Assembly (NCBI GenBank): GCA_016866785.1
Contig: VGLH01000003.1
Span: 4,795-68,794 of the forward strand
DNA: 64,000 nt
Direction of reading: 5' to 3'
Origin: Candidatus Poribacteria bacterium
GTDB taxonomy: Bacteria > Poribacteria > WGA-4E > GCA-2687025
Part shown: positions 19,542 through 27,995 of the stretch, in pieces
How the letters are laid out: the number at the start of each line of letters is the position of its first letter
Position numbering within the stretch: the first letter of the stretch is position 1
Program-made: the position numbers and the translations under genes
Notes under the pieces: model-generated
What the model saw: the letters and a program-made list of their open reading frames with translations, nothing else
Told to the model about the DNA's origin: nothing
Databases searched by the model: none

Positions 19542-20156
19542 TTACCTTCCTTCTGACTGTCTCTCGCCCCGGCTCGGTGGTTCTGCGGGATCGGGCAGCA
19601 TTCGCGCCAGTCGCGTCAGGGCTTCTGCCATGCGCGACTTCACGGTTCCCTCCGGGATGTCCAATACTTCGGCGACTTCGCGACACTTCAGGTCTTCGTA
19701 GTGGCGCAGGACGACGACAACGCGCAGATGCTCCGGGAGCCGCTGCAGGGCGTCGCGCACGATCTGCTGCCGTTCCGCCCCGACGACTGCCATGTCGGGG
19801 GCCGCCGACGCCGATGCAGGTTCCTCGATAGCTTCGTCCCCGGGCAGTTCGACGACACTGCGACTGGCACGACGGAGCTCGTTCCGGCAACGGTTCACGG
19901 CGATCCGCCAGACGAACGTCGAAAGACTCGACTCGCCTCGGAACGTCGAGCGCGACAGATAGAGCTGCGTAAACACGTCCTGCGCCAGGTCCTCGCCGAC
20001 ATGCCAGTCGCCGACCATCCGCGCGCAGAGCCGCTGGATCGGCTCCCGCCACCGCTCGACCAGCGCGGCGAAGCCCTTCTCGCTGCCGTCTTCCATGAGC
20101 CGGCGCATCCGTCTGTCGTCGGCTGTCGCTCGTCGAGCGCTCCGCAATGGACGCAT
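19542..20156 (-). CDS. RNA polymerase sigma-70 factor, ECF subfamily
   Basis: Region 2 DLAQDVFTQLY and region 4 helix-turn-helix LKCREVAEVLDIPEGTVKSRMAEAL. Confidence 0.85.
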   Translation of the reverse strand: MRPLRSARRATADDRRMRRLMEDGSEKGFAALVERWREPIQRLCARMVGDWHVGEDLAQDVFTQLYLSRSTFRGESSLSTFVWRIAVNRCRNELRRASRSVVELPGDEAIEEPASASAAPDMAVVGAERQQIVRDALQRLPEHLRVVVVLRHYEDLKCREVAEVLDIPEGTVKSRMAEALTRLARMLPDPAEPPSRGERQSEGR

Positions 20157-20240
20157 CCCGCCTCCCGCGCGCCGTTTCCGTGGACGTACGGTGTGACACC
20201 GGCGAACGCAAAATGGTTCGGAGAATCTCGACGGCGGGCG

Positions 20241-21113
20241 TCAGTTGTCTTCGGCGCCGACGGCGCGGAAGTACGCCGCCGTCGCCAGGACAACGAGGAG
20301 CATCAGCACGAAGCCGACAGCGGAACCGAAGGGCCAGTCACGGATGGTCTTGAACTGGAGCTCGACGAGCTCTCCGAGCATCATCGTCTTCGCGCCGCCC
20401 AGGAGCTTCGGCGTGACGAACGCGCTGGCGCTGGGAACGAACACGAGGACGGATCCCGCGACGATCCCCGGCAGGCTCAACGGCAGCGTGACGCGGCGGA
20501 ACGCCGTCGCCGGCGTCGCGCCCAGGTCGAGCGCAGCCTGTACCAGCGAGGGGTCCATGCGTTCCAGCGTCGCGTAGAGCGGAAGGATCATGAACGGCAG
20601 GTAGCCATAGACGAGCCCCAGAACGACGGCGGTCTCGGTGCCGTGCAGAACCGCGCTTCCAAACCCCAGGGTCTGGGCGACCACGTCGAACAGACCGTTC
20701 CTCCAGAGCATGAACCGCCAGGCGTAGGTTCGGATGAGGAAGTTCGTCCAGAAGGGCAGAACCACGAGCAGCAGCAGGGCATCGCGCCGCCGAGGGAAGG
20801 ACCGCGCCAAGCCGTAGGCGAACGGGTAGCCGATGGCAAGGCAGAGCAGCGTCGTCAGCAGCGAGATGCCGACCGAACGCAGCGCCATGAGAACGTAGGC
20901 GGGAGGGAACTCGTCTCCCAAGGGGCGCGCCAGACGGGCGTAGTTCCCAAGCTGGAGCTCCCACGCGACGGCTCCCGAAGGCATGCGCGTCAGGAAGGAA
21001 TACGCGAACATGATCGCCATCGGCGCGAGAAAGAAGATGACCAGCCACACGCCGGCTGGCGCTAGGAGGATCAGATAGGGATTCGGCTCGTGCGCGCTAC
21101 GGAGCCGTAGCAT
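20241..21113 (-). CDS. ABC transporter permease (PotB/PotC-type, polyamine or related importer)
   Basis: Six TM segments and an EAA-like loop region. Start overlaps the upstream ATPase gene. Confidence 0.8.
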   Translation of the reverse strand: MLRLRSAHEPNPYLILLAPAGVWLVIFFLAPMAIMFAYSFLTRMPSGAVAWELQLGNYARLARPLGDEFPPAYVLMALRSVGISLLTTLLCLAIGYPFAYGLARSFPRRRDALLLLVVLPFWTNFLIRTYAWRFMLWRNGLFDVVAQTLGFGSAVLHGTETAVVLGLVYGYLPFMILPLYATLERMDPSLVQAALDLGATPATAFRRVTLPLSLPGIVAGSVLVFVPSASAFVTPKLLGGAKTMMLGELVELQFKTIRDWPFGSAVGFVLMLLVVLATAAYFRAVGAEDN

Positions 21114-22245
21114 CGTCCCGCTCCCAGAGCCCATCGTCCTCCAGAACTCGCAGGTCCTCCGGCGACCAGGCGACGCTGACGCGCGTCCCAGCGGGGAACC
21201 GACACGTCCCAGGATCGCTGCTCGACTGAGCCAGCAGGGAGAAGCCGGGACCCAGCGCGATTCGGTAGCGCACCGACGCGCCGAGGTAGACGGCTTCCGC
21301 TACGGTCCCGTCGACGCGGTTGACGGCAGGATCGGCGTCGCCGTTGCCTGTCGTTCGCACGGCGATGCGCTCGGGTCGAAGGCTTGCGGCAACGCGCGCT
21401 CCGTCAGCCGTCGATGCCGCTGCCGTCGCCCACAGCTCGTGACGCGATTCGCCGTTCGGGACGGCGAGCAGCACGCTCCGACCGTTGCGGCGGACCACGT
21501 CGCCTTCGACGAAGTTGGTCGTTCCGATGAAGTCGGCGACGAATCGGTTCCGAGGCATCGCATAGATCTCTTCGGCGGAGCCCATCTGCTGGACTCTCCC
21601 CGCGCGCATGACGGCGATGCGGTCGGAGAGCGTCATCGCCTCTTCCTGGTCGTGGGTCACGTAGAGAAACGTGATACCGACATCGCGCTGGAGCGCCTTG
21701 AGCTCTTCCTGCATCTGCTTTCGGAGCTTCAGGTCGAGGGCGGCGAGCGGCTCGTCGAGGAGCAGGAGCGAGGGTCGGTTCACCAGAGCGCGCGCCAGCG
21801 CGACGCGCTGCTGCTCGCCGCCGGACAGTTGGCTCGTCCGACGCGACCCGTACCCCGGCAGTTTCACTCGCTCTAGCGCGGATTCGGCGCGGGTGCGCGC
21901 CTCGCGCCGAGGCGTTCCCTTCACCTCCAAGCCGAACGCGACGTTCTCGACGACTGTCAGATGGGGAAAGAGCGCGTACTGCTGAAAGACGGTGTTCACG
22001 TCGCGGCGGTACGGCGGCGTGTCCTGGACCGATACACCATCGAGCAGCACGCTTCCCGAATCTGGGCGCTCGAACCCGGCGATAATCCGCAGAATCGTGG
22101 TCTTGCCGCAGCCGCTGGGACCCAGCAGCGAGAAGAATTGCCCGCCTTCGACGTGGAAGGATACGTCATCGGCGGCGGCGACCGTGCCGAACGACTTGCG
22201 GATGCCGTCGAGCGTGACTTCGCCGCGACCCCGACTCACGGACAC
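21097..22245 (-). CDS. ABC transporter ATP-binding protein (PotA/MalK-like importer ATPase with C-terminal regulatory/TOBE-like domain)
   Basis: Walker A GPSGCGKTT, signature LSGGEQQRVALARAL, Walker B LLLLDEPLAALD and a C-terminal extension. Confidence 0.85.
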   Translation of the reverse strand: MSVSRGRGEVTLDGIRKSFGTVAAADDVSFHVEGGQFFSLLGPSGCGKTTILRIIAGFERPDSGSVLLDGVSVQDTPPYRRDVNTVFQQYALFPHLTVVENVAFGLEVKGTPRREARTRAESALERVKLPGYGSRRTSQLSGGEQQRVALARALVNRPSLLLLDEPLAALDLKLRKQMQEELKALQRDVGITFLYVTHDQEEAMTLSDRIAVMRAGRVQQMGSAEEIYAMPRNRFVADFIGTTNFVEGDVVRRNGRSVLLAVPNGESRHELWATAAASTADGARVAASLRPERIAVRTTGNGDADPAVNRVDGTVAEAVYLGASVRYRIALGPGFSLLAQSSSDPGTCRFPAGTRVSVAWSPEDLRVLEDDGLWERDDATAP

Positions 22246-22261
22246 CTCGATCCAGCGGTCA

Positions 22262-22807
22262 TCAGCCGACCACGTTCAGCGTCTGGCGGGCGTGGCGAAC
22301 CAGTTCCGGGCTCCCGCCCAGACGGATGATCGCCTTCACCAGGCTCTCGACATGCTTCTCGATCCCGTCTTCCGTGCGCTCGATCCGCACGAGCACATGG
22401 CGTTCGCCGAGTCGTTCGGCAGCTCGACGCACGGTTCTGATCAAGCCCAGGTAGATCGCGTCGGCTTCTCCGCTCTCGAAGGCGATGGCAGCACGGAACG
22501 CCGTCTCCAGGCTAAACGCCGGCTCACGGACCGACGCCTCGCAGCTTTCCAGGTCCCGTTCCACTCGCGCGAGCGCGTCGCGGTCGATGCCACGAACGAC
22601 ATCATGGAGTATCTCTGCCCGTTCGCACAGAGACCGTGAGAAGTGGACGACGATGTGATGCCCCCACTCCTGAACGCTCATCGTCTCCCAGAACTGAGCG
22701 ACGCGGTCGTCTTCGGTTCCGGTGCGGAACATGAAGTCGGCGTAAAGCCGGGCGACGCGCAGTTCTATGTCGGCGCAGAAGTCGAGCAGTTCACCAACGA
22801 CAACCAC
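22262..22807 (-). CDS. Hypothetical protein (possibly ferritin-like/four-helix bundle)
   Basis: 181 aa, helical. One ExxH-type motif (EWGHH). No confident family. Confidence 0.4.
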   Translation of the reverse strand: MVVVGELLDFCADIELRVARLYADFMFRTGTEDDRVAQFWETMSVQEWGHHIVVHFSRSLCERAEILHDVVRGIDRDALARVERDLESCEASVREPAFSLETAFRAAIAFESGEADAIYLGLIRTVRRAAERLGERHVLVRIERTEDGIEKHVESLVKAIIRLGGSPELVRHARQTLNVVG

Positions 22808-22883
22808 GGCGCACCTCCTTACTCTCTGCCGCCGTACGTCCGACAGGAGCCGGTTGGATTGGCGCGGACGCGTCCACGCTGGG

Positions 22884-24335
22884 TCAGAGGATATACCGGC
22901 TCAGGTCCTCGTCTCGGACGATGTCCGATAGCTCGCGGCGCACGTAATCGCGGTCGATGGTGACCGATTCGCCGCGTCGTTCCGGCGCGGTGAACGAGAC
23001 CTCCTCGAAGAGGCGCTCCATGATCGTGTGCAGTCGGCGCGCGCCGATGTTCTCCGTGCGCTCGTTCACCTGAAACGCCAACGCGGCGACCTCCTCTACC
23101 GCGTCGCGGGTCATCGTGCAGTCGATGCCCTCGGTCCCCATCAGCGCGACGTACTGCGACACGAGCGCGTTTCGGGGCTCCGTCAGGATACGGCAGAAAT
23201 CCTGCTCGGTCAGGCTATTCAGTTCGACGCGCAGCGGGAACCTGCCCTGGAGCTCCGGGATCAGGTCCGACGGCTTCGCGACATGGAACGCTCCCGCCGC
23301 GATGAAGAGCACGTGGTCCGTCCGAACCGTGCCGTACTTCGTCGTCACGGCGCATCCCTCGACGATGGGCAGGATGTCCCGCTGAACGCCCTCCCGCGAC
23401 ACGTCGGGACCCGACCGCGACTCTCTGCCCGCGATCTTGTCCATCTCATCGAGGAAGATGATGCCGTGGTCTTCCGTCCGCTGGATCGCCTCGGAGACGA
23501 CGCGGTCCATGTCGATCAACTGGTCGGACAGCTCGTCGAGCAGGATCGGGCGCGCCTCCGCGACGGTCAATCGCCGTCGGCGCGTCTGCTTGGGCATCAT
23601 CCCGCCGAGGAGCTCCTTGAGGTTGATGTCCATCTCCTCGACGCCGCCTGGGGTCAGCAACTCGATGAACGGAGCCGGTCGAACCTGCACCTCCAAGTCG
23701 ATGGTCCGGTCTTCGAGGTCTCCGCTGCGGAGCCGGACGCGCATCCGCTCACGACTCCGCTGGAACCGCTTTCGCGCCGCGTCGGCGTCCGACGCTCCCT
23801 CCGCGTCGTCGCTCTCCCATCCCGATTCCGAGTCCATCTCCTCGCGGATGGACGGCGGCGTCGGGAACAAGGCATCGAGCAGGCGATCCTCGACAGCCGC
23901 CTCCGCGCGCGACCGCACCTCGTCGCGATGCGACGCCTTGACGAGCACGACGGCGGTCTCGACCAGGTCGCGGATCATCGACTCGACGTCGCGACCCACG
24001 TAGCCGACCTCCGTGTATTTGGACGCCTCGACTTTGACGAACGGAGCATTCGCCAGACGCGCCAGTCGACGGGCGATCTCCGTCTTGCCGACGCCCGTGG
24101 GTCCGATCATCAGGATATTTTTCGGCATCACCTCGTCGCGCATGTCGTCGGGCAGCATCGCGCGCCGCGACCGGTTCCGCAGCGCGATGGCGACCGCCCG
24201 CTTCGCGCGCGCCTGTCCCACGATGTATCGGTCGAGCTCTGCGACGATCTCGCGAGGGGTCAAGCTCGACGAGAGAAACGTCGCCTCGTCGGCGGACGGG
24301 TTGGCAGGCGTTGTCGCCGGTGTGGCATCGATCAT
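22884..24335 (-). CDS. hslU: ATP-dependent protease ATPase subunit HslU
   Basis: GQARAKRAVAIALRNRSRR, Walker A GPTGVGKTE, sensor and C-terminal blocks typical of HslU. N-terminus about 30 aa longer than canonical. Start at 24335 or 24383 is ambiguous. Confidence 0.9.
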   Translation of the reverse strand: MIDATPATTPANPSADEATFLSSSLTPREIVAELDRYIVGQARAKRAVAIALRNRSRRAMLPDDMRDEVMPKNILMIGPTGVGKTEIARRLARLANAPFVKVEASKYTEVGYVGRDVESMIRDLVETAVVLVKASHRDEVRSRAEAAVEDRLLDALFPTPPSIREEMDSESGWESDDAEGASDADAARKRFQRSRERMRVRLRSGDLEDRTIDLEVQVRPAPFIELLTPGGVEEMDINLKELLGGMMPKQTRRRRLTVAEARPILLDELSDQLIDMDRVVSEAIQRTEDHGIIFLDEMDKIAGRESRSGPDVSREGVQRDILPIVEGCAVTTKYGTVRTDHVLFIAAGAFHVAKPSDLIPELQGRFPLRVELNSLTEQDFCRILTEPRNALVSQYVALMGTEGIDCTMTRDAVEEVAALAFQVNERTENIGARRLHTIMERLFEEVSFTAPERRGESVTIDRDYVRRELSDIVRDEDLSRYIL

Positions 24336-24363
24336 CGAGTCGTCCACCAGGGATGCCGGTCTC

Positions 24364-24918
24364 TCACTCTGGAATGCTCTCAATCGTCAGGTTGCCGTTC
24401 GTGTAGACGCAGATTTCGGACGTGATCCGTAGGGCTTCGCGGACGATCTCCTCCGGCGGCAGCGTCGTGTGCGTCACGAGAGCTCGGGCTGCCGCCAGCG
24501 CGCTGGGCGCGCCGCTGCCGATGGAGAGGACGCCGTCGTCCGGAGCGATCACGTCGCCGGTTCCCGAGACGAGCAGCGACTCCTTCTCGTCGCACGCAAT
24601 CACCTGGGCGTCCAGTCGGCGCAGGGCTCGGTCGCTCCGCCAATCCTTCGCCAGCTCCACGGCGGCGCGGCGAAGGCTTCCGCGGTACTCTTCGAGCCGG
24701 GCTTCCAGCTTCTCGACGAGCGCCATCGCGTCGGCGGCAGAACCGGCGAACCCCACGAGCACCTTGCCGTCGTGGATGCGACGAACCTTCGAGCTCTGCG
24801 CCTTGACGATCGTGCTCCCAAGCGTCACCTGTCCGTCGCCGCCGAGCGAGATTCGGTCATCTCGCCGGACGGCAAGGATCGTCGTGGCGCGGAGGTCGGA
24901 GCCGACGCCGGTTCTCAT
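24364..24918 (-). CDS. hslV: ATP-dependent protease subunit HslV (with an 11-aa N-terminal extension before the catalytic Thr)
   Basis: TTILAVRRDD...GFAGSAADA...GSGAPSALAAARAL are typical HslV blocks. The only in-frame start is ATG at 24918 (MRTGVGSDLRA-TTIL), overlapping the upstream stop (ATGA). Confidence 0.9.
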   Translation of the reverse strand: MRTGVGSDLRATTILAVRRDDRISLGGDGQVTLGSTIVKAQSSKVRRIHDGKVLVGFAGSAADAMALVEKLEARLEEYRGSLRRAAVELAKDWRSDRALRRLDAQVIACDEKESLLVSGTGDVIAPDDGVLSIGSGAPSALAAARALVTHTTLPPEEIVREALRITSEICVYTNGNLTIESIPE

Positions 24919-25586
24919 AGCGAAAGAGCCCTTCCAGACCATCGGATCAATGCTGCCCAAAGGACGAGCAGCGACGCGGCGAAGGTCGTGCCCGACCGGA
25001 GCCCGCTCAGCACGGGTATAACCGCAGACGGGATCGAACACTGGGGCTCCCGCAGATGGTAGCCCGCCAGCGCTCCGCTGACGACCCACGCTCCCACGGC
25101 GAACATCGGAACCATGCCGGAGCCCGCAGGCACACCGAATTCGTTCCAGTGCCACAGCCCGACGCGCGAACCGACCCCCTCGAACGCGATTCCCGCCGCC
25201 AACGCCACGACGCCGGCTGTCAGCGACGAGGCGGCGACGCCCGACTTCTCGCGCACGGTCACGTAGGCGAACAGGCTCACGGCGAGCAGCGCCCCCCGAA
25301 CGGCTTCGACGCCGATGGCGACGGGCGCTCCGGGAACCTCCGGTCTCAGGTGGAAAAGCGCTCCGCTCTGCGCGAGCATCGTGTCAGCGATGGCGACAAT
25401 GCAGGCGGCGACGACGCCGGACGCCAGCGCCGACCGCACCGGTGGCATCGCCCCAAGCGCGACGCGCCCCAGGAGCGCCCACGCAACGAGGGCCCCTAGG
25501 AGAACGACCCACCGGTTCCCGGTCCACATCGCCGCGAGACCGACGAGGCTCGCCCCTGCAACAGCGGGCACGTGTCTTACGAACAT
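24915..25586 (-). CDS. Hypothetical polytopic membrane protein
   Basis: About 6 predicted TM helices. No motif recognised. Confidence 0.5.
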   Translation of the reverse strand: MFVRHVPAVAGASLVGLAAMWTGNRWVVLLGALVAWALLGRVALGAMPPVRSALASGVVAACIVAIADTMLAQSGALFHLRPEVPGAPVAIGVEAVRGALLAVSLFAYVTVREKSGVAASSLTAGVVALAAGIAFEGVGSRVGLWHWNEFGVPAGSGMVPMFAVGAWVVSGALAGYHLREPQCSIPSAVIPVLSGLRSGTTFAASLLVLWAALIRWSGRALSL

Positions 25587-25592
25587 GACGAG

Positions 25593-26330
25593 CTATCTGC
25601 CCTCCGCCAGTCGGAGCGCGCTTGTAGCGGGCAGTTGGGCTTCGAAGATGCGCAGTTGGGCGGTCTCGATGTCGTACGGAACGCGCAGAAGCACGATCTT
25701 CCGCGTCTCGTCATCGTAGACCGCGTAGCCGGCGCGAGGGTTCCGATCTCGCGGCTGACCCACGGATCCGGGGTTCACCAGATACCGCGCATCCGACCGG
25801 ATCTCGACGGCTTCACCGGGAACCGGGATCAGCTCGCCGATGGAACCGCGCCACTCGGCATACACGCACGCCCGGTGCGTGTGCCCGAAGAACAGCAGGT
25901 CGTCCGGCATCGACTCGAACGTCGTAACGATCTCCTCCTTGCGGAGCAGGTAGGCGTCCTCGTCGTGCCATCCGCCATGGCATATCGACACGCCCTCGCC
26001 GACGGCGACCGGGCCCTTCGGCAGCGACGCCAGGAAGTCCGATGACTCGGGCGAGATGAGCTCGCGGGACATCAACGCCGCCTCTCGGGCGTCCACCGAG
26101 AAGCCCGTTGGCTCCTCGATGCCCGCGATCACTTTGTCGTGATTTCCGCGCACGCAGGCGAGAATCGGCAACTCGGCAACTCGGCGGATCGTCTCAGTCG
26201 GCTCGCCTCCGTACCCCACCAGGTCGCCCAGAACCCACCAGCCGTCGATATCCCTCGCGGCGGCGTCCCGGAGCACCGCATCGAGCGCCTGCAGGTTGGC
26301 GTGGATATCGCTGAGAATACCGACCCTCAT
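25593..26330 (-). CDS. Metallophosphoesterase (calcineurin-like, YfcE/MJ0936-type)
   Basis: DIHAN, GDLVGYG, GNHD and GHTH metal-binding blocks. Confidence 0.8.
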   Translation of the reverse strand: MRVGILSDIHANLQALDAVLRDAAARDIDGWWVLGDLVGYGGEPTETIRRVAELPILACVRGNHDKVIAGIEEPTGFSVDAREAALMSRELISPESSDFLASLPKGPVAVGEGVSICHGGWHDEDAYLLRKEEIVTTFESMPDDLLFFGHTHRACVYAEWRGSIGELIPVPGEAVEIRSDARYLVNPGSVGQPRDRNPRAGYAVYDDETRKIVLLRVPYDIETAQLRIFEAQLPATSALRLAEGR

Positions 26331-26452
26331 GCAGAGCGCCTCACCGCACGCCGTTCAGACCGCGACGACCGGAACAGACATCGTGGCAGCCCGCCGCGCG
26401 ACACTTCCGCAGCGGGCTACAGCCGAGATGAGCCAACACCGATGCGGATCGC

Positions 26453-27148
26453 CTATCGACGGAGGACAGCCCACGTCAGCGGCAGCTTGCCGCCCGGTTC
26501 CACCGCAGCGGGCTTGCCGACGATATGGGACGCCGGCTCCGTCCAGTCAATCGGGCCCCACCCGTCGGCGTTGCCTTCCTGATACGCGGCGATGCGGATC
26601 GTCTGCCCTTTCTGGAACATCTTGGTCTGCTGGAACCCCTGCGGCACGACGAACTTGTTGAAGTCCACCGAGAGCTCGATGGAGTCGCCGGAGTAGGCGT
26701 GGGGGAAATCGGCGAAGACGACCTTGCCGGATTCGAGGTGATAGACCTCGATCCCGTCGTCTGCGCCGTTGCGTCGTCCGATCTGGATATAGAACTCGGA
26801 CCCGATGACGTCCTTCACGCCCGTCGGAGTGCCTTCGTACGCGTCGTTCTTGATGCCGGTGGCGGCGCTGTTATCCGCATCGATCAGCACATGGTAGTAG
26901 TAGCGGAACGCGTCGCCGGGAGCCGCCGTCCCGTAGACCGTCTGGAGGACGAACAGTGTCGTGTCCGAGCTGGCGACCTTGATCTCCTTGTAGTCGCCGT
27001 GGATGTTCGCGGCGGTCATGTCTTTGGGGTCCGACACCGCGACCGGTACTTTCGACCAGTCGTCGATCTTCCCGTCGATGGTGATGTTCTGCGCATAGGC
27101 AACGACCGACAGCATCGCCGCTGCCGCGACGATCAGATGGAGAAGCAT
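26453..27148 (-). CDS. Secreted protein with a CBM9/DOMON-like carbohydrate-binding-type domain
   Basis: Signal peptide MLLHLIVAAAAMLSVVAYAQ. IDGKIDDW motif as in CBM9-like domains. Start chosen at ATG 27148. Confidence 0.5.
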   Translation of the reverse strand: MLLHLIVAAAAMLSVVAYAQNITIDGKIDDWSKVPVAVSDPKDMTAANIHGDYKEIKVASSDTTLFVLQTVYGTAAPGDAFRYYYHVLIDADNSAATGIKNDAYEGTPTGVKDVIGSEFYIQIGRRNGADDGIEVYHLESGKVVFADFPHAYSGDSIELSVDFNKFVVPQGFQQTKMFQKGQTIRIAAYQEGNADGWGPIDWTEPASHIVGKPAAVEPGGKLPLTWAVLRR

Positions 27149-27191
27149 GATCTGTCCTCCGGGTTGCCGTGCCGTGAACGGGCCCGATCGA

Positions 27192-27560
27192 TCATGTCTC
27201 GAGTTCGATGGTCTCCGGCGTCGAAGAGCTGAACCCGACCATGATGACCAGTTCGCCGGAGCCGACGTTCTTCGTGTAGTGCACGACGTTCTGCGGGATG
27301 TGGATGCAGTCGCCGGGCTCCATCGAGAACTCATCGTCTCCCAGACCCTGGCGTGCCGAGCCCTTCACGACGTAGATGATCTCCTCGGCGTTCGGATGCC
27401 GATGCCGCCCGTGGCCCCCGCCCACCGGGAACGTCGCCGTTCCCAGCGCGAGATGCCGCGACGGCGTGTTGTCTGCGTGGCAATGCCAACGCAGCACCGT
27501 GTGCGGGAGATGCACCACAAGCGCTTCATCACCGCGCACTAGCGCATGGCTTTCCGCCAT
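27192..27560 (-). CDS. Cupin-domain protein
   Basis: Cupin motifs G(X)5HXH (GGGHGRHRHP) and a second His motif (HIPQNVVH). Confidence 0.7.
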   Translation of the reverse strand: MAESHALVRGDEALVVHLPHTVLRWHCHADNTPSRHLALGTATFPVGGGHGRHRHPNAEEIIYVVKGSARQGLGDDEFSMEPGDCIHIPQNVVHYTKNVGSGELVIMVGFSSSTPETIELET

Positions 27561-27584
27561 CGAAGCCTCCTCTCTCACACCGCC

Positions 27585-27986
27585 TCAGGGATCGACTTTG
27601 GGTCGCACGTCGGGCTCGATCTGATAGGCTTCCGCGACTCGGTTCATCGCGTTGAACAGATCGACGACGGCGATCAGCTCGCCCAACCCCTCGGTCGTCA
27701 AGCCCAGCCGCTGCAGTGCCGCCGTATGCGAGTTGATGCAGTAATCGCATCCGTTGGTGATCGAGACCGCCAGCGCGATGATCTCCTTCGTCCGGCGGTC
27801 GAGCGCCCCATCCGCCATGATGAGCTTCAGTCGCTCCCAACTCGTCTCCAGGTGCGTGGGATTGGTCGCCAGCGCGCGCCAGATGTTCGGCACGCGATCC
27901 AGCCCCCGCGTGCGCTTGATGTCGTCGAACACCTCGCGAACCTTGCCGGTCGCTTCCGATTCGGGAACCAGTCGCACGGTGGGCAT
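27585..27986 (-). CDS. Carboxymuconolactone decarboxylase-family protein (AhpD-like peroxidase-related)
   Basis: CxxCxxxH motif CDYCINSH characteristic of the AhpD/CMD fold. Confidence 0.75.
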   Translation of the reverse strand: MPTVRLVPESEATGKVREVFDDIKRTRGLDRVPNIWRALATNPTHLETSWERLKLIMADGALDRRTKEIIALAVSITNGCDYCINSHTAALQRLGLTTEGLGELIAVVDLFNAMNRVAEAYQIEPDVRPKVDP

Positions 27987-27995
27987 GCGCAAGTC

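Noticed and set aside
20150-20182. ECF-type promoter motif GGAAAC-N18-CGTC upstream of the sigma factor gene
   Set aside because: The putative -10 element overlaps the ATG chosen as the sigma factor start. It cannot be reconciled without TSS data, so it is not reported as a feature
22262-22807. Possible rubrerythrin/ferritin-like assignment for the hypothetical protein next to potA
   Set aside because: Only one clear ExxH motif. The second motif is ExH, not ExxH. Too weak to call without an HMM
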